A DNA stretch of 64,000 nucleotides from Phycisphaeraceae bacterium (GCA_049611445.1 JBMZAP010000001.1:15308-79307); one strand, 5' to 3'. Counted from the stretch's first letter, positions 52,132-62,531 are shown. Notes: generated by a model from the letters alone, not told the origin. Numbers and translations are program-made.

Positions 52132-54900
52132 TCAGGAGACTTTGTGCTGTACCGTGGGGTACGCGTAGTCCGCGACGCGCTGGATGAGTTTCTGCCGATC
52201 GACGGGCTTGCTGAGATAGTCGGTACAACCGACGAGCAGGCACTTGTGGCGATCGGTAGGCGAGGCATGTGCGGTCAGCGCAATGATGGGAAGGTCGTAA
52301 CCGTTGTCACGGAGTTTTGCTGTCGACCCGTATCCGTCGAGCACCGGCATCTGCATGTCCATGAGAATGACGTCGTAGGGTTCACCGTTCTCCAGCGCCT
52401 GCATCGCGTCATTGAACCCCAGTTCGCCATTTTCCTGAAGCACAACGGTTGCGCCGGCTTTCGTGAGGAAAAAGTTGAATAGACGCTGGTTGTCGGGGCC
52501 GTCCTCAACAACAAGGACACGCTTGCCTTTCAGCGGGTCTTTCTTATCAACAACACTGGGTGCTGCCGGATTTGACGTGGCTGGATTCTGTTCGGCGACT
52601 CCGACCTTGAATTGTGCGGTAAAGGTTGATCCCTCTCCCGGGGTGCTGGTGCATGTGAGTGAACCGCCGAGCATCGAGCAGAGGTTGTGCGAGATCGTCA
52701 GGCCAAGGCCTGTACCGCCGAACTTACGCGTCGTGGATTCGTCGGCCTGAGAAAAGGGTTTAAAGAGTTTGGCGGTCTGTTCGCTGCTGATTCCGATCCC
52801 CGTATCAGTGACGTCACAGATCAGCAGGCCCTGTTCATCACATTGCGATTCGTATCTCACTGAAAGTGTGACGCCGCCTTGTTTGGTGAACTTAACCGCG
52901 TTGCCGATGAGATTGAGCAGCACCTGCCGGACCCGTGTCGGGTCGGACTTGATATTTCTGGGCAGACTGCCATCGCTGATGAAGTTCAGTTCAATGCCTT
53001 GCGCATCCGCTTTGGGTGACATCAGGCTGATGGCGTCATCAAAGATCTCTGCGGGTGAGCATGTGATCTGTTCGACACTCATCTTGCCCGCCTCAATCTT
53101 GGAGAGGTCGAGGATGTCGTTGAGGATATTGAGCAGGTGCTTGCCGTTGCGACGGATGGTCTCTGCGTGATTGCGCTTGTCGGCTTCAGTCTGCCCGCCA
53201 TCGAGGAGCAGGTCCGCATAGCCGAGGATCGCATTCATCGGCGTACGGATCTCATGGCTCATATTGGCTACGAAGTCGCTCTTTGCGGCGCTGGCCAAAC
53301 GGGCATGGTCACGTGCTTTTTCCAGTTCGATCTGCGCGAGTTTCTGTTTGTCGATATCGACATGCAGGCCAACGATGCGAATGATCGAATCGTCAGAATC
53401 GCGCTCGGCCGCCTCGCCAATTGTGTTGATCCACTGCCATTGCCCGGACTTGTTGCGCATGCGCATCTCACAGGTGTAGCGCGCGGTTTTATTGGAGAGA
53501 TAGTCTTCGATCGCCCTCATCGCACGCGGCAGGTCTTCCGGGTGCGCCAGCGATTCCCATGTGGCGAAGTCCATCGGCAATTCGCCAGACTCATAGCCCA
53601 GCATCGTGTACCACGTATCTGAATAGTAAACGGTATTTTCTTTGACATACCAGTCCCAGAGCCCGGTGCGAGAGGAATTCAGCGCGAACTCCAGACGGTG
53701 GCGCTGGTCTTCAATTTCTGTGATGTCCTGGGTTGTACCGAACATGCGGTAGACTTCGCCGTCGTCGTTTACTTCGCAGCTGCCCCGCCCTTCGATCAGA
53801 CGGACGGAGCCGTCTGGCAAAATCGTGCGGAAGCGCATGGTGTAGGGCTTGTGATCTTCCATCGCCTGTTGCACGACGGAGTGCCAATGCTCACGGTCAT
53901 TGGGATGGATCTGCTGTACGTGTGCGTCGAAATCGGGGGCGGGCTGTTCGGTCGGGACGCCGAACATACGCTTGGTCTGATCGGACCAGAGGATTTCGTT
54001 GTTGGCTGGCGTCCATTGCCAACTGCCAATGTTGGCTAGTTCTTGTGCTTCATTCAGACGTTCGATGGCATCCTGCGCGGCTTCTTCCGCTTTCACGCGT
54101 TCGGTCAGGTCGTGCCATACGACCAGCAGTGTGTCTTTGCCTGCAAGTTTCACCGGATTTAACGTGACTTCGACGGGTATGTTGCTCCCGTCTTTTCGGC
54201 GGTGTATCCAGTCAAAGCGGTGGTAGCCATTGTCCCTGGCGGCCTGATCCAGCTCGATGCACTTTTCCATCGATCGCCGGCCGTCTGGCTGAAACTCTGG
54301 TGATAGTTCTGCCGGGTGCACCTTGAGCATCTCTTGCTTGTTTTCGTAGCCAAGCATGTCAATCGCGGCCTGGTTGCAGTCGATGATGCCGGTCTCGTCG
54401 AAGAGCAGGTGTGCATCCGTTGAGTATTCGAAGAGCACTCGGAAGTTCTCTTCCTTGTTTTTCTGCTCAGTGATATCAGAGAATGTCACCGTGAAACCAT
54501 CGCCACACTTTGCAGCCTTGATACTGAACCAATGGTTCAGGCCGTCGTGTGCGTAGTGGTGCTCGGTATAGAAAGGCTCGCCGGTTTCCGTGACCTGTGC
54601 ATAGGCATCGAACAGCCCGTCTGTCTTGTTGCCGGGGAACATTTCCAGCAATGTATGGCCGCGCAATTCATCAGCCTTTCGGCCGACGATTTCTTCACTC
54701 TTGCGATTAATAATATCGATCCTGAAATCAGCGATCACTCCCTTCTCATCGCGGATTGATGAGAAGGCCATGATCCCATCCAGCGAACTGTCCAGTACGC
54801 CAGCAAGGAGGTCAGCATGGATGGTGATTGGAGGGCCTGGACGCATGAATTGCTTACCTACTCGTGTGAGAACACGCTTCCCAGAACTGATAATCGGCAC
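52132..54900 (-). CDS. multi-PAS hybrid sensor histidine kinase / response regulator
   Basis: Several PAS/PAC units (e.g. GLWDWYVKENTVYYSD, WQWTPANNEILWSD). H-box FVANMSHEIRTPMNAI, N-box LLNLIGNAVKFT, G-boxes DTGIGI and GGTGLGLTIS. Receiver VLVVEDGPDNQ...DVILMDMQMPVLDG...ALTAHA. The start is GTG 54900 or ATG 54846. Confidence 0.9.
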   Translation of the reverse strand: MPIISSGKRVLTRVGKQFMRPGPPITIHADLLAGVLDSSLDGIMAFSSIRDEKGVIADFRIDIINRKSEEIVGRKADELRGHTLLEMFPGNKTDGLFDAYAQVTETGEPFYTEHHYAHDGLNHWFSIKAAKCGDGFTVTFSDITEQKNKEENFRVLFEYSTDAHLLFDETGIIDCNQAAIDMLGYENKQEMLKVHPAELSPEFQPDGRRSMEKCIELDQAARDNGYHRFDWIHRRKDGSNIPVEVTLNPVKLAGKDTLLVVWHDLTERVKAEEAAQDAIERLNEAQELANIGSWQWTPANNEILWSDQTKRMFGVPTEQPAPDFDAHVQQIHPNDREHWHSVVQQAMEDHKPYTMRFRTILPDGSVRLIEGRGSCEVNDDGEVYRMFGTTQDITEIEDQRHRLEFALNSSRTGLWDWYVKENTVYYSDTWYTMLGYESGELPMDFATWESLAHPEDLPRAMRAIEDYLSNKTARYTCEMRMRNKSGQWQWINTIGEAAERDSDDSIIRIVGLHVDIDKQKLAQIELEKARDHARLASAAKSDFVANMSHEIRTPMNAILGYADLLLDGGQTEADKRNHAETIRRNGKHLLNILNDILDLSKIEAGKMSVEQITCSPAEIFDDAISLMSPKADAQGIELNFISDGSLPRNIKSDPTRVRQVLLNLIGNAVKFTKQGGVTLSVRYESQCDEQGLLICDVTDTGIGISSEQTAKLFKPFSQADESTTRKFGGTGLGLTISHNLCSMLGGSLTCTSTPGEGSTFTAQFKVGVAEQNPATSNPAAPSVVDKKDPLKGKRVLVVEDGPDNQRLFNFFLTKAGATVVLQENGELGFNDAMQALENGEPYDVILMDMQMPVLDGYGSTAKLRDNGYDLPIIALTAHASPTDRHKCLLVGCTDYLSKPVDRQKLIQRVADYAYPTVQHKVS

Positions 54901-55018
54901 AACCCGAATACATCTTCACCAATCGCACGAAACCACAGCGGCACCCTAACCCCTACCTCCGGACCGGACGATGTAACCGGAGCAGGACCTTGTTGTTTCG
55001 GACCGCCTGAGGCCGTTT

Positions 55019-56224
55019 ATGCTGCGTGTCGAGATCAAAGCTGCTCGTCCAGAGATGACGCTGGCGTTGCCTGTGATGAACCCACGGCTGCCGGGGCATC
55101 AGCTGCTGCATGTCGGATACGAGTTGACGCCGGCGGTGATCGAGAAACTCGATGAGATGCGCGTACGGACGATCTGGGTGGACTACCCGAGCCTGTCCTT
55201 TTTAAACAAGTACGTAGACCCCGGTGCGATCGTGATTCGCGCCAATGTTGTGACGCAGATGCAGAACACCTTCGAGGCCCTGCAAGAGACCTCCGCAGCA
55301 AAGCTCAATTACGACGCGTACACCAACACGATCTCTGACCTCGTCGACAGCGTGCTGACCAATCCCGAGGCCGCACTGTTTATTGGCGACCTCTGCGAAA
55401 CCGAAAGTGGCGACGAGATGATGCGCGCCGGATCGTCCGTGACCTATTTAAGCATCCTGCTGGGGCTTAAGCTCGAGGGCTACCTCATCAAGCAGCGGCG
55501 TCACGTCACAGAGCCAGAGCGCGCAAAGTATGTCGTCCCCTTGGGCGTGGGCGCGATGCTGCATGACATCGGCGTGACGATGCTGCCCAAGGAAGTGGTT
55601 GCCCGTTACAACGAGACGCACGATGAGAGTGATCCCGCATGGCGAGAACACCCGGCTTTGGGCTTCCGTGCGGTGCGTGGCCGGATCGAGCCCGCTGCGG
55701 CGACGGTCGTCCTTCACCACCACCAGCAGTTCGATGGCAGCGGCTACGCGGGCAAAGACTTTCCCGTCCAGGCGGGTGAGGGTATCCACATCTTCGCCCG
55801 CATTGCCGCGGTTGCGGATGTGTTTACACGCCTGAGTAACCCCGCCAGCGGCGAGCCGATGCCACAGGTCTGGGCCTTGGCCGCGATGCTCAGCGAGAAA
55901 CTGCGCACCCGCTTCGACCCCAATGTTCTGCGGGCACTTGCTGAAGTCGTGCCCCCCTATCCGCCCGGCAGCAGGGTCACGCTCAGCGATGGCAGCCAGG
56001 CAATCGTCATCGACCACCACATCTCGGATCCCTGCAACCCTACGGTCCAGCGTCTGCCCGACAACGTGCTGCCCAAGCCCGGCCAACCACTTGGCGAAAC
56101 GATCAATCTTCGCGAGCACGACAAGCTGAACATCGTTGCCTGCGACGGTAAGCGGACCGAGCCCTACAACTTCGGCCCCGAAGCGATCCCGGGCAACCGT
56201 GAGGCGATGCACGGCTGGGCGTGA
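55019..56224 (+). CDS. HD-GYP-type HD-domain protein (likely c-di-GMP phosphodiesterase)
   Basis: MLHDIGVTMLP (HD), HPALGF, and HHHQQFDGSGYAG (HHExxDGxGYP-like, degenerate GYP). Confidence 0.8.
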   Translation: MLRVEIKAARPEMTLALPVMNPRLPGHQLLHVGYELTPAVIEKLDEMRVRTIWVDYPSLSFLNKYVDPGAIVIRANVVTQMQNTFEALQETSAAKLNYDAYTNTISDLVDSVLTNPEAALFIGDLCETESGDEMMRAGSSVTYLSILLGLKLEGYLIKQRRHVTEPERAKYVVPLGVGAMLHDIGVTMLPKEVVARYNETHDESDPAWREHPALGFRAVRGRIEPAAATVVLHHHQQFDGSGYAGKDFPVQAGEGIHIFARIAAVADVFTRLSNPASGEPMPQVWALAAMLSEKLRTRFDPNVLRALAEVVPPYPPGSRVTLSDGSQAIVIDHHISDPCNPTVQRLPDNVLPKPGQPLGETINLREHDKLNIVACDGKRTEPYNFGPEAIPGNREAMHGWA

Positions 56225-56282
56225 TCGTTGTTCCATCGCATATCCAAGCCGCTGCGACCATCGTTCCGATAAATAACGGACG

Positions 56283-58220
56283 ATGTCGGTGTACCTGAAC
56301 AACCTGAGCGCGATCGCGCGTCACCATCCACAGCTGGCGGAACAGCTTTCATTGGTCGAATCTGCGCAGCTGGCGTGGGCCGAGTCCAAGGCCGGGCCCA
56401 TGACCGCGGTGCGCACGGACCTTGGCGATCGGCCCGTCGCACTGGCGAGTAAGTACGACCCGATCAAGGAAGCACAAAAACTTGTCGAGCCGGTCGATCA
56501 CGCCAAGACGGCCTGTACCGTGATCCTTGGCTTCGGTTTGGGCTATCACATTGATGAGGTGGTTAAGAAAGTCGGCCCGCGCGACCTGGTGATTGTGTAC
56601 GAGCCGGACCTCGCTCAACTCAAAGCCGTGTTGGAGAAGCTGGACTGGACGCGCTGGCTGGGTCAGAACGGCTTGATCCTCGCCGGCCCCGATGCGACCA
56701 AGTCGATGCTGCTCTCGCGGATCGAGCAGCGCAGCGCGACGCCGACCTTGGGCACGCAGTTGATCACGCACCCCGCTTCTCGGCAGCGATACAGCGACGA
56801 TTTCAACGCGTTTGGCAAGCTGGTGACGGAGACGCTGGCGTTCTGCCGCACGAACGTCGCGACCGCGCTGGTCAACGCGACGCGTACTGTCAGCAACCTG
56901 ACGAACAACCTGGCTCAGTATGCCGCCGGCCCGACGATAGCTGAACTCGAAAACGCGGCGAAGGGCTACCCGGCGATCTGTGTCGGCGCCGGCCCGTCGC
57001 TGGTGAAGAACCTCGATCTGCTCAGCGACCCGGAGGTCCGCAAGAACGTCGTGGTGATCGGTGTGCAGACGACGCTGAAACCGATGCTGCAACGTGGGAT
57101 TCGACCGGACTTTATTACCGCGCTCGATTACTCGGCGATCTGCACGCGTTTTTATGAAGACCTGCCCGACCTACCGGACGTGACGCTTGTAGTTGAGCCG
57201 AAATGCCACCCCGCAATCATCGCCGCCTACCCCGGGCCGGTGCGTGTCTGCCCGAGTAAGCTCAACGACAAACTCCTGGGTGACATGGCTCGGCCGATGC
57301 CAACCATCAAGGCCGGCACCACGGTTGCACACCTGTCGTTCTATCTCGCAAAGCTCTTGGGCTGCGACCCGATCATTTTCATTGGTCAGGACCTCGGCTT
57401 CAGTGATGGCTTGTACTACGCTCCCGGTACCGCGGTACATCAGGTCTGGGAGCCGGAACTGGGCGCGTTCAACACAATCGAAACGATGGAATGGACGCGC
57501 GTTGTACGGATGCGTGGCAACCTGCGTCGCGCGGAGGATGTGCATGGCCGTCCAATCTTTACGGACGAGCAGATGAGCACCTACCTGGGCCAGTTTGAGC
57601 GCGATTTCGACGAGGCGAAGCAGGCCGGGCTGACGGTGATCGATGCCACTGAGGGCGGGATGCCCAAGCAGCATACGCAGCTGTCGACGCTGCGTGAGGC
57701 GCTGCAGGAGCATGCGACGCGCGTTGTGCCGGACCTGCCGACTGTGGAGCGCGGGCTGAGCCGGGAGCGGCTGTCGAATCTGCGCGGGCTGTTAGACGGG
57801 CGGATTGATAGCGTGAAACAACTTAAGCGTGTCACGCTGGACACAGGCAAGCTGCTCAAGCGACTTCGAGAGCATCAGCAAAACCCCAAGAAAGCGGGCA
57901 AGCTGTTTGAGCAGGTTCAGAAGAACACCGAGAAGGTCCATGGCGAACTGCGCGAGGCGTTTGAATTGGTCGGTTCGGTCAACACCGTCGGCACGTTCCG
58001 CCGTGAGCGAGCAGACCGCGGGATTCATCACACCGAGCATGCAGATGAGTACGAACGCCAGCTCGCACAGATCGAACGTGACTTGGACAATATGGATTTC
58101 ATTGATCAGGCCTGTGACGAGGCGTTGACGATCTTCGGCGAAGCAAAGCAGCGTCTGCAGGATGCGATCGATTTGAGCGGCAAGAAAACGAAAGAAAAGA
58201 GCTTACAGCCCGCGGCGTAA
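56283..58220 (+). CDS. DUF115 / MptE-like motility-accessory-factor (Maf) family protein
   Basis: YPAICVGAGPSLVKNLDLL and PDFITALD, followed by IFIGQDLGFSDG, match the DUF115 core seen in Campylobacter/Helicobacter Maf flagellin nonulosonic-acid transferases. Confidence 0.75.
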   Translation: MSVYLNNLSAIARHHPQLAEQLSLVESAQLAWAESKAGPMTAVRTDLGDRPVALASKYDPIKEAQKLVEPVDHAKTACTVILGFGLGYHIDEVVKKVGPRDLVIVYEPDLAQLKAVLEKLDWTRWLGQNGLILAGPDATKSMLLSRIEQRSATPTLGTQLITHPASRQRYSDDFNAFGKLVTETLAFCRTNVATALVNATRTVSNLTNNLAQYAAGPTIAELENAAKGYPAICVGAGPSLVKNLDLLSDPEVRKNVVVIGVQTTLKPMLQRGIRPDFITALDYSAICTRFYEDLPDLPDVTLVVEPKCHPAIIAAYPGPVRVCPSKLNDKLLGDMARPMPTIKAGTTVAHLSFYLAKLLGCDPIIFIGQDLGFSDGLYYAPGTAVHQVWEPELGAFNTIETMEWTRVVRMRGNLRRAEDVHGRPIFTDEQMSTYLGQFERDFDEAKQAGLTVIDATEGGMPKQHTQLSTLREALQEHATRVVPDLPTVERGLSRERLSNLRGLLDGRIDSVKQLKRVTLDTGKLLKRLREHQQNPKKAGKLFEQVQKNTEKVHGELREAFELVGSVNTVGTFRRERADRGIHHTEHADEYERQLAQIERDLDNMDFIDQACDEALTIFGEAKQRLQDAIDLSGKKTKEKSLQPAA

Positions 58221-58256
58221 ATCGGATTTCATATCACCTCAGCGCCAACCCCAACC

Positions 58257-59945
58257 ATGACTTCTATCGCCATCATCCAAGTCGATTTACACCATGGCCG
58301 ATTCGGCCACGCGGTATCGTTGATGGATGACTTGGCAGGCAAAAGCGTTCTACAGCACACGATCGATCGCGTCGCGCGGATCGAGGGGATTGACGAGATC
58401 GTGTTGATGCATCCGTCGGATCAATCGCTTGAAGGTCGGTTCGACATACCAGGCGATGGGCCAGCGGTTACAACCGAAGCAGCACGGACACGCGAGCAGG
58501 ATGCGTGGTTTCACAATGTGATCGAATCGGGCCGCAAGTGGTCGCTCACGGCTTGGCGTGGCGGCGTCGGTGGGATGACGATCTACGATGAGATGCTCCC
58601 GGCCTACCCGTTTCTTCAGGTGATGCAGGCGAAGGGTGCCGAGTCGCTCGTCGCGTTGCGCGGCGACTGGTGTTGCATTGATCCGGCGATTGCGACCCAG
58701 CAGCTCGAACTGCACCGCTCGGCACCCGAGGCGATGAAGCTGACGTTCACGCAGGCGCCACCCGGACTGACGCCGGTTGTGATCCATCGCAGTGTGCTGG
58801 AAGAGATGGTGGCGAACAACGCGACGGTGGCGAACCTGCTTTGCTACAACCCTAAAAAGCCAGTGATCGATCCGGTGGGTAAAGACGTGAATGTGCAGGT
58901 CCCCGCTTCGGTGCGCAGCCAGTACCGTCGATTTGTGTATGACACGCCGCGCGCGGTCGAACACCTGCAGCAGATTGCCGAGGCGCTTGGCGATTCGTTT
59001 GGCCGGTCGGATGCTGTGAGCGTGACGGACATCTCGCGCGACATCGAAGAGCGCGAGCCCTGGCATCAGCTGGAACGCCTGCCACAACAGATCAACGTGG
59101 AGTTGTCGCCCAGACGTTTGGTCAATGGTCCGATCGTGCCCCAGCACCATCTTGAGTTGCCGCGTCAGGACATGGCGGACAAGACGATTGATGTGTTGCT
59201 TGAACAAGTACCGGATGCTGGTGATACCGCTGTGCTCTTCGGCGGGCTCGGCGACCCGCTTCTTCACGAAGATTGGTTCGAAACGTTGCAACGCGCTACC
59301 AAGGCAGGTGCATTGGGCGTCGGGATCGAGACCGACTTGCTTGTGGATGATCAGACGATCGATCAGCTTGCAAGCCTGCCGCTGGATGTCATCGCTGTTC
59401 GGATCAACGCGGACAGCGCAGCGACCTATGAAGCGCTTATGGGCACGGATGGCTACGGCAAGGTAATGGACAATCTGCAGCGGCTGTTCAAGGCGCGGAA
59501 TACCAACCGTCAGCAGGGAGCGGGGTTTTGTGGCTGGGTCGTGCCAAGGCTGGTGAAGGTCGCGGAGAACTTATCGGACTTGGAGACGTTCTTTGAGCGG
59601 TGGATGACGATCGCGGGTTGGGCCGTGGTGGATCGGGCACTGACCGGCCGGGGCTTGATCCCGGACCTGTCTCCGGTGCCGATGGAAGTGCCTCAGCCGC
59701 CGGAGGCCAAGCAGCGCCCCGTTCCCCCGAAGCAGCGTCTGACGGTGTTGAGCGATGGCAAGGTGTGCCTGTGTGGCGAGGACTGGCTGGGCCGGTTGCC
59801 GCTCGGGACGCTCAGTGAGCAAGGTTTGGCGGATCTGTGGCGGTCGGCGGCGTCGCTGGCCGATGTCAGCGGGGGCAATTCATGTATTTGCCCAAGATGT
59901 GCACGTTGGTTGGAAGCGCAGCGCCGGCTGTTGGCGTCTGTCTAG
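58257..59945 (+). CDS. fusion of a degenerate SpsF-like cytidylyltransferase fold and a radical-SAM/SPASM-like domain lacking CX3CX2C
   Basis: The N-terminus IAIIQVDLHHGRFGHAVSLMDDLAGKSVLQHTIDRV parallels the SpsF pattern IIQARxGSxRLPxK...GKxxL, but the basic/Ser residues are replaced. The C-terminal half has the radical-SAM barrel pattern (AVLFGGLGDPLLHEDW, GIETDLL, LDVIAVRINADS), but INVELSPRRLVNGPIV sits where CxxxCxxC is expected. The tail is Cys-rich (VCLCGEDW, CICPRC). Confidence 0.65.
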   Translation: MTSIAIIQVDLHHGRFGHAVSLMDDLAGKSVLQHTIDRVARIEGIDEIVLMHPSDQSLEGRFDIPGDGPAVTTEAARTREQDAWFHNVIESGRKWSLTAWRGGVGGMTIYDEMLPAYPFLQVMQAKGAESLVALRGDWCCIDPAIATQQLELHRSAPEAMKLTFTQAPPGLTPVVIHRSVLEEMVANNATVANLLCYNPKKPVIDPVGKDVNVQVPASVRSQYRRFVYDTPRAVEHLQQIAEALGDSFGRSDAVSVTDISRDIEEREPWHQLERLPQQINVELSPRRLVNGPIVPQHHLELPRQDMADKTIDVLLEQVPDAGDTAVLFGGLGDPLLHEDWFETLQRATKAGALGVGIETDLLVDDQTIDQLASLPLDVIAVRINADSAATYEALMGTDGYGKVMDNLQRLFKARNTNRQQGAGFCGWVVPRLVKVAENLSDLETFFERWMTIAGWAVVDRALTGRGLIPDLSPVPMEVPQPPEAKQRPVPPKQRLTVLSDGKVCLCGEDWLGRLPLGTLSEQGLADLWRSAASLADVSGGNSCICPRCARWLEAQRRLLASV

Positions 59946-59985
59946 GGTCAGGGACGGCACACCTGAAGCAGCAAGGACGAAGACA

Positions 59986-60714
59986 ATGAACGATGGTGGA
60001 GCACTGGGTGTGATTCTCGCCCGGGCAGGCAGCAAGGGGCTGCCGAATAAGAACTCGATGACGATCGCAGGCAAGCCGATGCTGGCCTGGACGATTGAGC
60101 ACGCCTTGCTCAGCAAGAAGATCAAGCGTGTGCTTGTCACGACCGATGGCGAGGCACTCGCACAGATCGCGGGTAAGTACGACGTTGAGGTGATCCGCCG
60201 CCCTGCCGAACTGGCCAGCGACACCGCGACGATCGACGCCGCTGCACGGCACGCGGTGAATCAGGTCGTTGATACACACGACAATGTCTGCCTGCTCTAT
60301 GGCAACGTGCCGGTCCGGCCTGACGATTTAAGTGACCGGGCGATCGAGATGCTGGAAGAGAAGCAAGCGGACAGCGTGCAGAGTGTTTGTCCGGTCGGCA
60401 AGAACCACCCGTATTGGATGAAGACGGTCGACCCGGAGACGGGCAGGCTCGAGATGCTGCACGACAACCAGATCTATCGCCGACAGGAACTCCCGCCGGT
60501 GTACATGCTCGATGGTGGTGTGATTGCGCTGACACGTTCGAGCTTGTTCAACCTCATCGAGGGTCAGCCGCACGCATTTCTTGGGTCAGACCGCCGGGCG
60601 GTTGTGACCGAGCCAGGTGATGTCGTGGACATCGACACCCAGGAAGATTTCAAGACGGCCGAGGCGATCCTGGAAGAACGCCTGCGCAATGGTTCGATCC
60701 GCGCGGTGGGTTGA
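59986..60714 (+). CDS. neuA: acylneuraminate (nonulosonate) cytidylyltransferase
   Basis: Trimmed to ATG 59986. GVILARAGSKGLPNKNSMTIAGKPMLAWTIEHA, DTATIDA, HPYWM and LDGGVIA are CTP_transf_3 motifs. The sugar (Neu5Ac, legionaminic or pseudaminic acid) is not assignable from sequence alone. Confidence 0.85.
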   Translation: MNDGGALGVILARAGSKGLPNKNSMTIAGKPMLAWTIEHALLSKKIKRVLVTTDGEALAQIAGKYDVEVIRRPAELASDTATIDAAARHAVNQVVDTHDNVCLLYGNVPVRPDDLSDRAIEMLEEKQADSVQSVCPVGKNHPYWMKTVDPETGRLEMLHDNQIYRRQELPPVYMLDGGVIALTRSSLFNLIEGQPHAFLGSDRRAVVTEPGDVVDIDTQEDFKTAEAILEERLRNGSIRAVG

Positions 60715-60780
60715 GTTCTCCCTTTAAGGTGTCACTTTTCTTTGCTCGCGATTAAATGAGCGTCTATCGTTTAGTTAGCT

Positions 60781-61851
60781 ATGACTAAATCGATCGCCGT
60801 CATCACGGGGTCTCGCGCGGAGTATGGCCTGCTTGAGCCGGTGCTGGATGCGATCGATGCGCACGACGCGCTATCACACCAGTTGATCGTTACGGGCACC
60901 CACCTCACGACAAAGAGCGGCAGGGACATCCGCCATCACGTTGCGGCGAAGGTCAAGATGCAGCGGACCGGTGCGGCAGCATCGCGAGAGGAAGACGTGC
61001 AGTCGCTTGGGCGCGGCGTCATGGCGATCGGGCGCGTGCTTCCAGAACTCACGCCGGATTTCGTACTGGTGCTGGGTGATCGGATCGAAGCGCTGGCTGG
61101 GGCCCTCGCCGCACAGGTCGGCGGTTATCGACTGGCGCATATCCATGGCGGCGATCGTGCCGAGGGCGTGTCCGATGAGGCCATGCGTCACGCCATCAGC
61201 AAGATGGCACACCTGCACTTCGCCGCGACCGCGCAGAGCAAGCAGCGGCTGATCCGCATGGGCGAAGAGAAGAAATATGTTTTTAACGTTGGTTCGCCTG
61301 CGATCGACGGGCTCAAACACGTTACGCCTGATGAAGACGCACCCGAACTCATCGTGATCCAGCACCCGGTTGGCGGGTCGCCTGATGATGAATACCGATG
61401 GATGGAATCAACACTTGCCGCGACCACGGACTATTCCCAACTGATTCTTTCACCGAATCACGACCCTGGGCGCAACGCGATCCTTCGGGCGATCGTTGAC
61501 GCCAAGCTGACGCCGACGGATCACCTGCCGCGCGAAAAATTCCTGTCGTTACTGGCGGGCGCAAAAGCGATCGTCGGCAACTCCTCGGCTGGTCTTATTG
61601 AAGCTTCGTATCTCAAGACCCCTGCGGTTAACCTTGGGCCACGGCAGGCCGGCCGTGAGAAACCCAACAGCGTCATCGACGCCAAGTACGGCGAATCACC
61701 GACCAAGCGCGCGATCAAGAAAGCCATCTCGATGCAGACCGCGGGCCTGCGCCAACCCTATGGCAACGGCAAGGCCGGGGAGAGGGTTGCTGAGAAACTT
61801 GCATCGATTGATCTCGATAAGGTCCCGCTGCACAAGCACAACGTGTATTGA
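60781..61851 (+). CDS. neuC: UDP-N-acetylglucosamine 2-epimerase (hydrolysing), NeuC-type
   Basis: IAVITGSRAEYGLLEPVL, LVLGDRIEALAGALAA, HIHGGDRAEGVSDEAMRHAISKMAHLHF and GNSSAGLIEA. Confidence 0.85.
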   Translation: MTKSIAVITGSRAEYGLLEPVLDAIDAHDALSHQLIVTGTHLTTKSGRDIRHHVAAKVKMQRTGAAASREEDVQSLGRGVMAIGRVLPELTPDFVLVLGDRIEALAGALAAQVGGYRLAHIHGGDRAEGVSDEAMRHAISKMAHLHFAATAQSKQRLIRMGEEKKYVFNVGSPAIDGLKHVTPDEDAPELIVIQHPVGGSPDDEYRWMESTLAATTDYSQLILSPNHDPGRNAILRAIVDAKLTPTDHLPREKFLSLLAGAKAIVGNSSAGLIEASYLKTPAVNLGPRQAGREKPNSVIDAKYGESPTKRAIKKAISMQTAGLRQPYGNGKAGERVAEKLASIDLDKVPLHKHNVY

Positions 61852-61878
61852 TTGCCTTCAGGCATCTATGATGTAGCG

Positions 61879-62469
61879 ATGCTTGCAAGTGCCGCACAAT
61901 CCGGATGGGTGCCCTACCTCTTCTTCGAGTCACCGGGCTGGTTAATGGTGTTCCTCGCACTGTTCTTCGCGGCCACACGTATCGCCGGCCGACGCACCGG
62001 TAACCCCCGACTGCTCCACCTCTCATGGATCGCGGTCGGCCTGATCGCCCTGCTCTTTGCTTCATCCTATTTTGTCACGACCAAGCGCGAACAACTGACG
62101 GTCGCACTGAAGCAGCTGCTGCAGACTGTGGAGGACAAAGACTTCGACCAGGTGCGCACGCTTGTGGATGACGAGGCGATGGTCGCCTTCATGGGCGAAG
62201 AGCTGACACGTGAGCAGATGATGGCCCGCGTCGACGAGGTCCAGTTCGACGACATCATCCTGATCGGGTCCAGCGCGGCCCTTGATTCGCAACAGGGCTT
62301 TGGCATCACGGGCCTCCGCGTTAACGCCAAGGGCTCGGTTGATGACTTTCCCGGTATCAACGTCAGCGAGTGGGCGATCCGCTGGCGGTACGACGACGGC
62401 CAATGGGTCGCGATCCGGCTGGAATGCGTCGATATGGGGGCCGATGTCCTGTTTAATCGCGAGGACTGA
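61879..62469 (+). CDS. hypothetical two-TM protein with an NTF2/SnoaL-like C-terminal domain
   Basis: The ORF track starts at TTG 61852; I prefer ATG 61879. TM helices WLMVFLALFFAATRI and IAVGLIALLFASSYFV. The C-terminal pattern LLQTVEDKDFDQVRTLVDDEA...WAIRWRYDDGQWVAIRLE looks NTF2-like. Tentative. Confidence 0.45.
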   Translation: MLASAAQSGWVPYLFFESPGWLMVFLALFFAATRIAGRRTGNPRLLHLSWIAVGLIALLFASSYFVTTKREQLTVALKQLLQTVEDKDFDQVRTLVDDEAMVAFMGEELTREQMMARVDEVQFDDIILIGSSAALDSQQGFGITGLRVNAKGSVDDFPGINVSEWAIRWRYDDGQWVAIRLECVDMGADVLFNRED

Positions 62470-62531
62470 GCGAACCCCTTGGCCGCGCCATACGTTTACT
62501 ATGGTCTGGACAAAGTAAACCAAGCCACCGG

